DNA from: Geobacter sp. UBA5735
GTDB lineage: Bacteria > Desulfobacterota > Desulfuromonadia > Geobacterales > Geobacteraceae
NCBI GenBank assembly: GCA_002419385.1
Contig: DIFZ01000024.1
Span: 749 to 64,748 of the forward strand
Reading direction: 5' to 3'
DNA length: 64,000 bases
The translations under genes and the position numbers were made by a program. Each line of letters starts with the position of its first letter. The stretch's first letter is position 1. Below, in pieces: positions 32,643 through 43,366 of the stretch. Under the pieces are notes generated by a model, which was not told the origin of the DNA, searched no databases, and was given only the letters and a program-made list of their open reading frames with translations.

Positions 32643-34574
32643 TTACTTCAGGCAGATCCTGCGAATTTCGTGGATGTCGGTCAGGTGCTGAAAAACCTTC
32701 AGGATGCCGTCCTGTTTCAGGGTGGTCATGCCGCAGCCGACGGCAAGGTCCCTGATCTCCGCGGTCTCGGGCTTTTTCTTGATCAGGCTCTTCATGGCAT
32801 CGTTGCAATCCAGCAACTCATGTATGCCGAGGCGGCCATGGTAACCGGTATTGTCGCACAAATCGCACCCCACCGGTTCGGCAATGGTGATATCTTCCTT
32901 CGACAGGCCGGTTTCCTGGAACGCAGCGCTGCCGTATTCATCGATTATTTCATCAAGTTCACGCTCTGTCGGCTTGTAGACCCTTTTGCACCCCTTGCAC
33001 AATCTCCGTGCAAGCCTCTGGGCAAGGATGCAGATGAGCGAATCCGAAAAGCTGAAGGGGTCGAGCCCCATCTCAAGCAGCCTCGTGACCGTTTCCGCTG
33101 CACTGTTGGTATGCAGCGTGGACAGCACCAGGTGACCGGTCAGGGATGCCTCGATGGCAATGGACGCTGTTTCCTCGTCCCGCATTTCGCCGACCATGAT
33201 CACATCCGGATCCAGGCGCAGAAACGAGCGCAGCGTTGCGGCAAAAGTCAGCCCGATCCGCGGGTTGACCTGCACCTGGCGCAATCCCCGCTGGGTGATT
33301 TCAACCGGGTCCTCGGCAGTCCAGATCTTCGTTTCAGGAAGATTTATCTTGGTTATGGCCGAGTGGAGCGTGGTGGTCTTGCCCGAACCGGTCGGTCCGA
33401 CCACAAGGATGAGGCCGTACGGCTTCAATACGGCACGCTGGAACACTTCCATGTTCCTTGGAGCAATGCCCAGATCGTCGAACGCAATGGGATCACCGGT
33501 ATGGAGCAGACGGATGACGACATCCTCCAGGTGTCCCACTGTCGGCATCGTCGCGACCCGCAACTCAACATCAATGGGGCCGAAGCGCCTGAAATTGATC
33601 TTGCCGTCCTGCGGCTTCCGGCGCTCGGCTATATCCAGCTCAGACATTATTTTGATGCGTGAAGGTATGGCATACTTGTATTTGTAGGGGATTTTCTGAT
33701 ACACCTTGCAGCGTCCGTCGACGCGCATCCTCACGATGACGTCCCGTTTGCCCGGATACGGCTCGATATGTATGTCCGATGCCCGGTTCTGGTAGGCATC
33801 ATAGATGATCTTGTTGACCAGCTTGACGATGACGCTGTCCCGCTCGGTGACTTTCTTGACTTCGTCTTCAATTTCCGGCTCTTCCGAGAAGTCCACCCTG
33901 GTCAGAATCTCAGCAATGCTGTCCGGAATATTCAGCTCTTCTTCTTCGTCCCTCTGGCTGACAGGATGAATGCCGTTACGGTACAGCCGCTGCTGGGCAG
34001 CCAGGATTTCCGATTCCTTCGCAATGACCGGTATTACCTTGAGACGCGTCGCGGCCTCAAGCTCCATCAACTCGTGAAGCTTCACCGGAGAGGCCATGGC
34101 GAGGGTCATGGTGCTCCCGATCTTGGAAATGGGGACCACCCGCTGCCTGCGCGCATAACTGGCGTTGAGTACACGGGCAAGCGAGGAATCGATCGTCAGG
34201 TTGTCCAGGGAAGCGAAGGGCAGATCGTACTGGATGGAAATGGCCCTGGCTATCTGGTTCTCAGACAGAAACGACAATTTGAGAAGCGACTTTTCAAGCG
34301 GAATCCCGTCCTTCCGGCTCAGCACGCGGGCCTCTTCGAGACGTTTTTCGTCCAGCTGGTATTCATACTGCAGGATATCCACCAGCTTTTTCCGCTTGCC
34401 CGACTGCTCGAGAACATAGTTGAGGTCCGATTCCCGCAGAAACCCGAGCCTGCACAACAGCCTGCCCACTGTCTCGCCCGGAGAGGTTTCCTGCAGCTTG
34501 AGAGCCTCGGCAAGCTGCTGCTCGTTGATGAGCTTGTTTTCAATAAGGATTTCGCCAAGTCTTTTTTTCGACAT
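32643..34574 (-). CDS. GspE/PilB/MshE-family secretion ATPase with N-terminal MshEN-type domain
   Basis: 643 aa. It has Walker A (GPTGSGKTTT), Walker B (IMVGEMRD), a His box (TGHLVLSTLHTN) and a tetra-Cys motif (CKGC...CDLC). The N-terminus is RLGEILIENKLINEQQLAEALKLQ...LGFLRESDLNYVLEQ. Confidence 0.9.
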   Translation of the reverse strand: MSKKRLGEILIENKLINEQQLAEALKLQETSPGETVGRLLCRLGFLRESDLNYVLEQSGKRKKLVDILQYEYQLDEKRLEEARVLSRKDGIPLEKSLLKLSFLSENQIARAISIQYDLPFASLDNLTIDSSLARVLNASYARRQRVVPISKIGSTMTLAMASPVKLHELMELEAATRLKVIPVIAKESEILAAQQRLYRNGIHPVSQRDEEEELNIPDSIAEILTRVDFSEEPEIEDEVKKVTERDSVIVKLVNKIIYDAYQNRASDIHIEPYPGKRDVIVRMRVDGRCKVYQKIPYKYKYAIPSRIKIMSELDIAERRKPQDGKINFRRFGPIDVELRVATMPTVGHLEDVVIRLLHTGDPIAFDDLGIAPRNMEVFQRAVLKPYGLILVVGPTGSGKTTTLHSAITKINLPETKIWTAEDPVEITQRGLRQVQVNPRIGLTFAATLRSFLRLDPDVIMVGEMRDEETASIAIEASLTGHLVLSTLHTNSAAETVTRLLEMGLDPFSFSDSLICILAQRLARRLCKGCKRVYKPTERELDEIIDEYGSAAFQETGLSKEDITIAEPVGCDLCDNTGYHGRLGIHELLDCNDAMKSLIKKKPETAEIRDLAVGCGMTTLKQDGILKVFQHLTDIHEIRRICLK

Positions 34575-34655
34575 GAAACACTTCCGCCTACCTGATTAGT
34601 GCATCCGGGCAACCGACATCGTCAGCAGTCGGTAAAAAAGGCCCACGAGCAAAAG

Positions 34656-36152
34656 CTATCTGCCGAGCACATCATACCCCATGAAACCCAGGAGATCCCT
34701 GGTCAGGGGATCGATTCCGACATCGGTCACGAAGACGGCGCCCCCTTTTCGCCCGGCGGCAGCTATCTCCACACCCGACATCCGCATGGCAAACGGCGCG
34801 TTTTTCGGGCTCCACAGATCATGGGAGCCATAGCGGGCAGGCTTTTTCAAGACCGGCGACAGCTTCCCGGAAATCGTTCTGAGGCTGTCTGACGGAAGAA
34901 TGCTGACAACACTGTATCCGCGCTGCTGCAGGAGCTTCAGCAGCCCATGCCGGACCGGGTCCTGCTGCGAGAAGGACACGACGACCTTTTTTCCGCTTTC
35001 CCGGAAATAACGGTCCGCCCTGACTGCCAGGACGACACCGCTCTTCGAACCGTCATCGAGCTGTATGTCCCGATCCTTTTCGAACTCCACCGATGCCGCG
35101 GTCAAGAGAGAATCCACCGTTTCCCGCTGATCCGAACCCTTGACGCTGTAGAGCCGGTTGATCCTTCCCATCGGCCGGCCCGGGTCAGTGGGCACGGCAT
35201 CGATCACCTTGAAACCCTCCCGATCGAGCAGCGAGCAGAGCGCCGAAGGCAATCCCATCAAGTGGTCCGACACATTGAGCAGCACGATATCATGGTTCAG
35301 GAGGCTGTCTGCTTTTTTTTCAACCTTGAAGTCGGCGTTGACCGTAACGACCGGATCCAAACCAAAGGAAAAACGGAATCCCTCCTCCACGGAATAGAAT
35401 CGTGCAGAATCCAGCAAGGCGGCATAGAAACGCCGCGGATCGGCTGGATCAGCTGTCACGATATGTACCGTGGAATCGTTTTCCTCGATGATGGACTTCA
35501 CCTGTGGAGAAAGGGCGCCCCTGGAATCGACAACTATCCTGCCGCCCTCACTGTCGTGGAATACCGGATAGACAGCCGGGTCGAGTGAAAGGGAAAAACT
35601 CCGGTCCCGCAGCGCAAGTCCGTCGTCCTTCTCCGTTTCGCCGGAAACCATCTTCTCCCAGACATCCCTTGCCTGCAGCAGTCTTTCACCGCGGTCGACG
35701 TTGGTCGTTACCGGCATTCTGAAAGAAAGGCTCAAAGACCGCGAACCGCTCAGGCTGGCCCCAACGGGAGACCTGCGCCGAGCATACTTTGGCGTCCTTT
35801 TCCTCGTGCCATGCCGGGCGCTTTTGACTGTCCGGCCCATACGGTGTCGAGCTTTACCCCTGCCGGAAGATGCAGTGACCCGCCGGCCAGACGTGCGCTT
35901 CGATACTGCAGCAGACGTTGCGGATTTTTTTCCCGTGGCGGGAGCAGTCGCGGCAGCCCCTGCAGACGGCAGGCGCTGTTTGCTGTCCCCGGAATCCCGG
36001 TCGTTCCCGTGCGTCTTTTTCCCTCCCGGTCGAAGCTGCTTGAGGTCGATGTCATACGTGGGATCGATGGCAAGGGTCACGTCGGCATGACCGGCCAGAA
36101 ATCCAAAAAGAATGCCGAAGACTGAATAGCGGATCCATGGAGCGAGCTTCAT
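34656..36152 (-). CDS. hypothetical membrane-anchored/exported protein with a Lys/Arg/Ser/Ala-rich basic tract
   Basis: 498 aa. It has an N-terminal hydrophobic segment (SVFGILFGFLAGHADV), then about 100 aa of low-complexity basic sequence (KKSATSAAVSKRTSGRRVTASSGRGKARHRMGRTVKSARHGTRKRTPKYARRR), then about 350 aa with no motif I recognise. Confidence 0.6.
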   Translation of the reverse strand: MKLAPWIRYSVFGILFGFLAGHADVTLAIDPTYDIDLKQLRPGGKKTHGNDRDSGDSKQRLPSAGAAATAPATGKKSATSAAVSKRTSGRRVTASSGRGKARHRMGRTVKSARHGTRKRTPKYARRRSPVGASLSGSRSLSLSFRMPVTTNVDRGERLLQARDVWEKMVSGETEKDDGLALRDRSFSLSLDPAVYPVFHDSEGGRIVVDSRGALSPQVKSIIEENDSTVHIVTADPADPRRFYAALLDSARFYSVEEGFRFSFGLDPVVTVNADFKVEKKADSLLNHDIVLLNVSDHLMGLPSALCSLLDREGFKVIDAVPTDPGRPMGRINRLYSVKGSDQRETVDSLLTAASVEFEKDRDIQLDDGSKSGVVLAVRADRYFRESGKKVVVSFSQQDPVRHGLLKLLQQRGYSVVSILPSDSLRTISGKLSPVLKKPARYGSHDLWSPKNAPFAMRMSGVEIAAAGRKGGAVFVTDVGIDPLTRDLLGFMGYDVLGR

Positions 36153-36253
36153 GGAAATCCCTCCTTGATAGGTTTAAACGCCAGCCACGTTCGCACTCGC
36201 GCCAGCACTGGGGGGCTGCCGGCCAGAGAGCCGGAATGATGCAACGGCACGTT

Positions 36254-37444
36254 TCAGGGAAATACAATGACAACGGCACGAATCGTACGGCTGTCGCTCT
36301 CCCTGTAGGTGACCGTTTCGGCAGATCCTTCAAGCACGCCTTTTTCCATGAGGAACCCATCCCTGGGGAGCGCTTGTCCAGCCCGCGCGGGAACCGGATA
36401 CCCAAGCGCTCTGAAGACGGACGCCAGGTACGGCTCCGAAAGCGACTGGCCTTCCGGCGCAAGGATCTGAAGGGCCTTCATCGTGCCGCCGTTCCTGAAG
36501 AGCCGGAAGTCCGCCTGTGCAGACACATACCGCTCCCACCCCGGATGCCGGGAGGAATAGGCCTGATCACGCCATTCGGAGTGGATGAACGACGGCAGCC
36601 CTTCTCTCACCGTGCGGCGGAACAGCTCGCGGTCCGCCTGCGCGGCCGGGAGGGCCGTCTGTGCCGTTTCCCTGCCAGGTGCTGACGGCAATGATACCCT
36701 GTTTTCCCTGATCAGCAAGACATAAACCGATCCGGCAACCGCTCCCGCAAGGGCGAGCAGCAGCAGCGCCCTTCTCAACCTGCCTGTTCCGCGTCTCCCG
36801 CTCTCTGCTCCATCGGCCGGAAAAGCAACCTCAAGGTCCGTGCCATATGATGCGGATACAACTCCCTGGCCATCCGGGCCCTGGACGGGCACTGCGGCCA
36901 TCTCTGGCTGTGCGGGTTGCCCCGCCTCTTCCCGAAGGGGGTCGTCACCAGCATCGGGCAGCCGCCTTATCGATTCTCCACCGCCGGCGCCTGCAATCAG
37001 CGCAGGAGCAGCATTCGCGAGATCCCCGACAGTATCGGACTTCTCCCAAACCGTTTCTTTGATATCCTCCAGCCAGTCGTCAGGATACAGCCGAGCGACA
37101 AGATCGGCGAATTCATCCTGAAACTGCTGCTGGGAAACGGGCATGCGCATCCATTCATCGCACCAGGCCGCGTTTTTCCTGAGTTTCGGCCCGGTCTCGT
37201 CCAGGTAGACGATCTTCGGGGAAGCCGAGCCGAGAAGCGACTTGATATGACGGGCGGCCGTCTCACCGGAAACCGAATGTATCGAGTTCTGGATGAAAAC
37301 CAGGGCAGGCCGATTCTCGAAAACCTCCTTCAGTCCGTGATCGAAGTTGTCAGCCCAGCGGATCTTCGACCTGAAACGAGGTTGGAAATACTCAATGAGC
37401 CGCGCCACCCTGACGTCATTGGAAATGAAAAAGATATTGAGCAT
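36254..37444 (-). CDS. hypothetical single-pass membrane protein with receiver-like N-terminal domain
   Basis: 396 aa. The N-terminus MLNIFFISND...ALVFIQNSI...KIVYLDE looks CheY-like but lacks the phospho-acceptor Asp (my reading). It continues with a Pro/Ala-rich linker, a TM helix (ALLLLALAGAVAGSVYVLLI) and a C-terminal domain of about 150 aa. Confidence 0.55.
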   Translation of the reverse strand: MLNIFFISNDVRVARLIEYFQPRFRSKIRWADNFDHGLKEVFENRPALVFIQNSIHSVSGETAARHIKSLLGSASPKIVYLDETGPKLRKNAAWCDEWMRMPVSQQQFQDEFADLVARLYPDDWLEDIKETVWEKSDTVGDLANAAPALIAGAGGGESIRRLPDAGDDPLREEAGQPAQPEMAAVPVQGPDGQGVVSASYGTDLEVAFPADGAESGRRGTGRLRRALLLLALAGAVAGSVYVLLIRENRVSLPSAPGRETAQTALPAAQADRELFRRTVREGLPSFIHSEWRDQAYSSRHPGWERYVSAQADFRLFRNGGTMKALQILAPEGQSLSEPYLASVFRALGYPVPARAGQALPRDGFLMEKGVLEGSAETVTYRESDSRTIRAVVIVFP

Positions 37445-37590
37445 ATGACCCCTCTTCAGCCGCGTATCATCACATGCAAGACTCTATATTGTCAATAGTT
37501 TTCGCCGGGGAGCACTACCTGGACCATGCCTTGCCGAAAACAGTGCAAGCAACCGGTCACCGTATATGTTCAAGAATGGCATGAGGGGTC

Positions 37591-37614
37591 AATGTGCTGC
37601 ACTGCCAGCACATT
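37591..37614. promoter_or_regulatory. 9-bp inverted repeat AATGTGCTG-N6-CAGCACATT
   Basis: Read directly. It lies about 150 nt upstream of the 396-aa gene start. No U-run follows, so it looks more like an operator than a terminator. Confidence 0.3.
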
Positions 37615-37720
37615 CGGGCACGTTTGGAAAGGGGCCTGATGGAGCGCGGAAATCAGGCAGACAGCTTCTCAGCAGCGCACACGCTGCCAATTGCCGCGAA
37701 TTGAAAGAGCTTCGGAACAG

Positions 37721-38539
37721 TCAGATTCGTGAGGATGCTTCGGCTTGGGCCAATATATCAAGCATATCCCGGTGAATCAGCCCATTGCTGGCCACTATGC
37801 GATGATCATCCAGGTGGTGGGGACTACCTGCAAAGTTGCTCACGCCCCCCCCGGCCTCCTCGACCAGGAGCTTGCCGGCGGCCACATCCCATGGGTTCAG
37901 CTTGCATTCCCAGAAACCGTCAAGCCGGCCGGCAGCCACGTATGCCAGGTCCAGAGCTGCGGCGCCGGCACGCCGCACTCCCCGTGCCGCCAGCTGAAAG
38001 CGGATGAAATGGTCGAAATTGTTCTCGTTGCTACACGTCCTGTCGTACGGGAAGCCGGTCGCCAGCAGGCATGACGCGAGGGGGGTGCGGCTGGAAACGC
38101 AGATCCGTTTTTCGCCAAGCCACGCCCCTCCGCCCCGGACCGCATGGAAAACCTCGTCCATCATCGGGTGATAGATAACTGCCAGTTCAAGGGCACCAGC
38201 TCTTTCCAGCGCGATGGAGACGGCAAACCAGGGGAAACCGTGGGCATAATTGGTCGTGCCGTCGAGAGGGTCGATAATCCAGCGGAGCGGTGAGCCGGAA
38301 TACACGGCACCTCTTTCCTCAGCGAGGAAATCGCAGCCCGGGCAGGCCGCAGCCAGCAGATCGATGATGATCTGCTCTGAGGAACGATCCACGTCGGTCA
38401 CGATATTGCGCTCACCTTTGAAATCGAATCCGCAGACGCTCCACAATTTTTCCCGTTGCATGCTGCCGGCAGCCCTTGCCGCCCGAACAGCCGCATCCAG
38501 ACAGTCCCTTCTGTTCATGCCGACGGCTCCCATTGTCAC
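37721..38539 (-). CDS. inositol monophosphatase family protein (SuhB-like)
   Basis: It has the motifs FLAEE, WIIDPLDGTTNY and AAGAAALDLAYVAAGRLDGFWE. Confidence 0.85.
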   Translation of the reverse strand: MTMGAVGMNRRDCLDAAVRAARAAGSMQREKLWSVCGFDFKGERNIVTDVDRSSEQIIIDLLAAACPGCDFLAEERGAVYSGSPLRWIIDPLDGTTNYAHGFPWFAVSIALERAGALELAVIYHPMMDEVFHAVRGGGAWLGEKRICVSSRTPLASCLLATGFPYDRTCSNENNFDHFIRFQLAARGVRRAGAAALDLAYVAAGRLDGFWECKLNPWDVAAGKLLVEEAGGGVSNFAGSPHHLDDHRIVASNGLIHRDMLDILAQAEASSRI

Positions 38540-38572
38540 TTCACCCTGCGGCGCCCCCCGAAGGCCTGCCTG

Positions 38573-39067
38573 TCAAAGCTCCCTGAGATTGCTGAACTCT
38601 GCCCATGCCAGGAAATACTCCGGCTTGGAAGCGAAGTCATAAAGGTTTTCCACGACGTTGTAATGCTTTTTCTCCTCGCCAAGAATCTTCAGCAGGACCT
38701 TCCGTGATGCGGCATCGTTTTCGACTGCTGCAAGCTTCTCATAGTAGCGCAAGCTCTCATCCTCCATCGCGAGGGCAAGCCGGTATCCATCCAGGTCGTT
38801 CCTGAGCGAGCCGGCCACATCCTCGTCACCAACGAAACTGGCGACCATTTCTCGTGCAGTCTCAAGCACTGTCGAATCCGTCAGGAGTTCGGGGTACGTG
38901 CCGCTCTTCAGTGCCAGCACCATTTCGTAATGCTTTTCCTCATCCCGCGCCAGAAGCGAAAAAATGGTGCGGATACCGACCAGTGAGCTTTCCCTGGCAA
39001 TCTTTTCATAACAGGATTTCATCTCAAGCTCTTTGGATGCGGCAACATCGAGAACATTCATAACCAT
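38573..39067 (-). CDS. ferritin-like / rubrerythrin-family di-iron domain protein
   Basis: Start set at MVMNVLD. It has two E-x-x-H pairs (ARDEEKHYEMV, LGEEKKHYNVV). Confidence 0.65.
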   Translation of the reverse strand: MVMNVLDVAASKELEMKSCYEKIARESSLVGIRTIFSLLARDEEKHYEMVLALKSGTYPELLTDSTVLETAREMVASFVGDEDVAGSLRNDLDGYRLALAMEDESLRYYEKLAAVENDAASRKVLLKILGEEKKHYNVVENLYDFASKPEYFLAWAEFSNLREL

Positions 39068-39331
39068 CCCTCCTTCCTCGTTGCTGACATGAGTCCTCTG
39101 GACAGGCCCGGACGTGCCGGACACAGGGGCTCTCCCGCTCCCTGCCAGCAATCCCTGCCTGCAGCCTGCCACTCGAAACAAGGCATATCGCGCGATTACT
39201 ATCAAATCGTATCAGATAACCCGTAACCCGCAACGTGTGCGTCTTTTACAGAGGACAAGAGCTGAATGAGCCAGGAAATGCCGATCTCCGCTCCGGAAGG
39301 AATGTTTTCTGTGTGAAGCAGGATTGATGAG

Positions 39332-40069
39332 CTACTGGTGAGCGCTCTTGGGAAACAAAAGGATAAAGCTGGTGCCTTTGCCCAGTTCGCTCGTCACCTC
39401 GATCCTGCCTCCGAACCGCTCGACATGGGTCTTCGTGACGAACAGTCCGAGTCCCGTCCCTTCCCCCGGATCTTTCGTCGTGAAAAAGGGATCGAATATC
39501 TTTCCCCTGATTTCCTCGGGGATGCCCGATCCCGTGTCCCTGAATACTATTCTGACCAGCCCGTCCACAGAAGAAGAAGCGGCGATGGCAAGCTTCCCAC
39601 CCTGTTCCATGGCCTGGAGCGCATTGACGACAAGGTTGATGAATACCTGTTTCAGATGATTTGGATTGGCCGCGATGAGAGGGAGACACGATTCCAACTC
39701 CTCCACGACCTGCACGGAGCGCCTCCGGATCTCATACTTGAGCAAAAGCAGCACATCCCGTAGTACCATGGAAACGGCTGTGTCCTCAACAGATGAGTCC
39801 TCGTGCCGGGAAAAGACGAGGATGCTCCTGGTGAGCTGGGAAAGCCGATGGACCTCCTGATAGATCCGTTCCGCCATTTCGGCGACCTGGTCGGAAAGGC
39901 CATTTTCGTTCAGTATCATCTGCGAAGCAGCCGCTATGACCGACAGAGGAGTATTTATTTCATGGACGATACCCGTCGACAGCCTCCCCAGTTCCGCCAT
40001 CTTCTCGTTTCCGGCCAACAGCTTCAGCAATCTCTCAGCTTCATCGGCCTTGTACGGCAGGCGTTCCAC
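39332..40069 (-). CDS. soluble histidine kinase core (HisKA plus HATPase_c only, no sensor domain)
   Basis: 245 aa. It has an H-box (IVHEINTPLSVI) and N/G boxes (NLVVNALQAM, DTGSGI, GTGLGL). There is no TM or sensor domain. It lies directly downstream of amt. Confidence 0.85.
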   Translation of the reverse strand: MERLPYKADEAERLLKLLAGNEKMAELGRLSTGIVHEINTPLSVIAAASQMILNENGLSDQVAEMAERIYQEVHRLSQLTRSILVFSRHEDSSVEDTAVSMVLRDVLLLLKYEIRRRSVQVVEELESCLPLIAANPNHLKQVFINLVVNALQAMEQGGKLAIAASSSVDGLVRIVFRDTGSGIPEEIRGKIFDPFFTTKDPGEGTGLGLFVTKTHVERFGGRIEVTSELGKGTSFILLFPKSAHQ

Positions 40070-40204
40070 TAGTGGTCTCTCCTTGTCGTGTCACGGTGAA
40101 AGAAGCGCGGCTGCCCGTCGGCACGCGGGAAGCCACCCGTGCCGGGCGGCTTCCCGTTTCTGCCCGTTATTCGGATTGGTGTTTTTTCCGGGTCACCTCG
40201 CCAT

Positions 40205-41584
40205 TCAGAACAGGTTGTAGCCAGATTCCGAGTGCTGCGTCTGGTCGAGGCCCATGATCTCGTCTTCCTTCTCGACACGCAGGCCGACGGTCTTGTCCAG
40301 TATGAACGCCAGAATGCAGGTGACGATGAAGGCATAGGCACCGGCCGCGCCAACCGCAACCAGCTGGGTCATGAACTGGCCAGTGTTGCCGGCAATCAGG
40401 CCGGTCGCGCCGACCGTTGCAAATGCTCCGGTTGCAATGGCGCCGAAGGTACCGCCCACGCCATGGACACCGAAGGCATCCAGGGAGTCATCATATTTGA
40501 ACTTGGCCTTCACCAGGATTGCGCAGTAGCAGACCAGACCTGCACCCACACCGATAACCAGTGCCCAGGCCGGTGTCACAAACCCGGCTGCGGGGGTAAT
40601 GCCGACCAGGCCGGCAACGACTCCGGAGGCGAATCCGAGGGCGCTCGGCTTGCCTGAATGGATCCACTCGGCAAACATCCAGGTAAGGCCGGCGGCAGCC
40701 GGAGCTATGGTGGTTGTCGTGAAGGCAAGAGCAGCAAGGCCGCCGGCAGCATCGGAAGTATTCACACCGACGATAGCGCTGCCGGCATTGAATCCGTACC
40801 AGCCGAACCAGAGCAGGCCTGTCCCGATGAGCGTCAGCGGCAGCGAATGTGGTGCCATCCTTTCATGGGGGAAACCGTGCCGCTTGCCGAGAAAGATAAT
40901 CAGTGCCAGGGCGGAGATACCCGATGACAGGTGAACTACCGTGCCGCCGGCAAAGTCGAGAGCCCCTTTCTTGAACAGCCAACCGTCCACCATCCAGACC
41001 CAATGTGCCAGAGGATCATAAACCAGGGTCGTCCAGAGGAGGACGAACAGACAGAAAGCCGAGAACTTGATCCGTTCAGCGACCGCACCGGAAATGAGGG
41101 CTACGGTAATCATGGCGAACATGCACTGGAACATGGCGAAAACATACTCCGGCACTGCTCCCGGCTCGGTAGCCACGTTCTGGAACAGCGTGTAGACGGG
41201 GGTACCATCCTTGATCGCGATCAGGCCGTCCATCATTGCCTTGCCCATCCCGCCCAAGAAGCCGCCGCCGATGTCAGCCCCGAATGACAGGGAGTATCCG
41301 ACGACAAGCCACTGGACCGCGACGATTCCCATGGCGACAAAGGAATGCATCATGGTCGACAGGACGTTCTTGGAGCGCACCATGCCGCCGTAGAAGAGCG
41401 CCAATCCGGGCAGCATCAGGAGCACCAGGGCAGAAGAGATGAGCATCCATGCCGTATCTCCGGTGTTGAGCACCGGATCAACCGGCGCAGGAGCCTTGGA
41501 AACTTCCTCTGCCAAGGCGACAAGTGGCGTCATAATTGCCGCCGTACAGCCCATGACTATTGTCACGAAAGCTTTGAACCTCAT
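40205..41584 (-). CDS. amtB: ammonium transporter
   Basis: Start set at MRFKAFV (GGAGG upstream). It has a signal peptide and then Amt blocks (DTAWMLISSALVLLM, FAGGTVVHLSSG, GVHGVGGTFG). Confidence 0.9.
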   Translation of the reverse strand: MRFKAFVTIVMGCTAAIMTPLVALAEEVSKAPAPVDPVLNTGDTAWMLISSALVLLMLPGLALFYGGMVRSKNVLSTMMHSFVAMGIVAVQWLVVGYSLSFGADIGGGFLGGMGKAMMDGLIAIKDGTPVYTLFQNVATEPGAVPEYVFAMFQCMFAMITVALISGAVAERIKFSAFCLFVLLWTTLVYDPLAHWVWMVDGWLFKKGALDFAGGTVVHLSSGISALALIIFLGKRHGFPHERMAPHSLPLTLIGTGLLWFGWYGFNAGSAIVGVNTSDAAGGLAALAFTTTTIAPAAAGLTWMFAEWIHSGKPSALGFASGVVAGLVGITPAAGFVTPAWALVIGVGAGLVCYCAILVKAKFKYDDSLDAFGVHGVGGTFGAIATGAFATVGATGLIAGNTGQFMTQLVAVGAAGAYAFIVTCILAFILDKTVGLRVEKEDEIMGLDQTQHSESGYNLF

Positions 41585-41656
41585 ACCTACCTCCATTGTC
41601 GTGCTGCTTTTTTGGTGTATTTGCCTTTCAGTCCTCAGCTCAGGAACAGGGTCCGC

Positions 41657-42409
41657 CTAGAAAATGAATGCAGCCTTGAAACCGAAGAGACTTTCGTCGT
41701 TTATGCCGAGGCCTGCACCTCCCAACTGACGCGCCTTGTGGCTGATCGCGTTGGAGTAGGTATAGGAAGCAGAAAGTTTGACATTGTCATTCACTGAATA
41801 ATCCAGGCCTGCACTTAACTCATAGTTGTTCCAGTTGCTGAAGTCTTCGCTCACTGAAAAGTTCTGCTGGTTATAGCTGACGAGAGCGCCGAGATTCAGG
41901 CCGAGTCCCTTCACCAGTTCAAAGGTATGGCCAAGCGAAAACGTGTAGAAGAGCCCTGTCTCTTCCGACTGATCCCAGTCCCAGTAGAGTGACAAGGTAG
42001 GTGACAGAAGGGTATTGAGGGTTGTTTTCAGATAAATTTCGTTCGTGTCCTCAGCATTTTCCAGAGAGTAAAAGGTGTTGCCGAGATTGAATGTCAGCAA
42101 CTTTACGGGCGTAAAACTGTAGTTCAGGGTGACATCAGTTTCGCTGATGTCACCTGAGTCGAATGCGGTACCTGCAATGTCGTGGGTAAGAAGATTGCTC
42201 CAGTAGCTCAGAGTAAAGCCCTTGTAGCTGAGATCCGCACCGAACTGGGAAACCCACTTGTTGTCGCTCAGGTCTATGCCGCGAAAAAGATACTTGCTGT
42301 ACATACCCGCGTAAACGTCACCGGAAACCTTGACTTCTGCCCTCGCTGCGGAAACCGTGTAGCCGAGACAGAGGGAAATGACAATAGCCAGCAATACCGA
42401 TTTTTTCAT
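41657..42409 (-). CDS. outer-membrane beta-barrel protein (TorF/Gcw_chp-like putative porin)
   Basis: 250 aa. It has a signal peptide, alternating beta-strand pattern, SKYLFRGIDLSDN near the N-terminus and a terminal F. Confidence 0.6.
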   Translation of the reverse strand: MKKSVLLAIVISLCLGYTVSAARAEVKVSGDVYAGMYSKYLFRGIDLSDNKWVSQFGADLSYKGFTLSYWSNLLTHDIAGTAFDSGDISETDVTLNYSFTPVKLLTFNLGNTFYSLENAEDTNEIYLKTTLNTLLSPTLSLYWDWDQSEETGLFYTFSLGHTFELVKGLGLNLGALVSYNQQNFSVSEDFSNWNNYELSAGLDYSVNDNVKLSASYTYSNAISHKARQLGGAGLGINDESLFGFKAAFIF

Positions 42410-42441
42410 TACGCACTCCTTTTCAGTTCAATAGAATTTTC

Positions 42442-42783
<342 letters not shown>

Positions 42784-42903
42784 TTATCCCCCTTTTCTGT
42801 AATCCCTGTTCCGGGCCGGCCCGGAACAGCCTGCCGAGGTTGTCATATACGACGATGCATGCCCTGCAGTGCATGATCGTTTCACTCATATGTCAGGTAA
42901 TGA

Positions 42904-42918
42904 GCATCAGTTGTGCCA
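42904..42918 (-). promoter_or_regulatory. sigma-54 promoter (-24/-12)
   Basis: The minus strand reads TGGCACAACTGATGC. GG and GC are at the canonical spacing, about 120 nt upstream of the glnK start. Confidence 0.65.
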
Positions 42919-43366
42919 ACAGTCGCAATTAGTTTTACAAACAAGTCATATCAACTACTTAGTCGCCACATGCCACCACAGAAGCAGTAAATTTCCGCAA
43001 CTGCTGTTTTTCATGCCCACTATTTAGGCATTTGCATGATCTACGGGTAAAGAACCATAGCTCGTTCCGGATTGAAAACTGCAGACGTGTCGATCCGGAC
43101 TTTCCGGATGGGAAGCAGCTATCAGGATCTTCATGGATTCGTGGTCAAGGTGAGCTGACGGGTGTCGCTTCCGGCCCCGGCAGAGTGGCTTCAGCTGCGC
43201 TGGTTGCTCCACGGTTCATGCCGGAGACGCGAGACAGACGGGAGGAAGATGCAGGGAAGTGACCTGGGCACAGTGGACAAGCAGCAATGAACACTATTCA
43301 TCCATGCACCTCTCCACTGAGTTGATCAGCCGTGACAGTGCTGCTGCCCGGCATGCAGCGGGAAGG

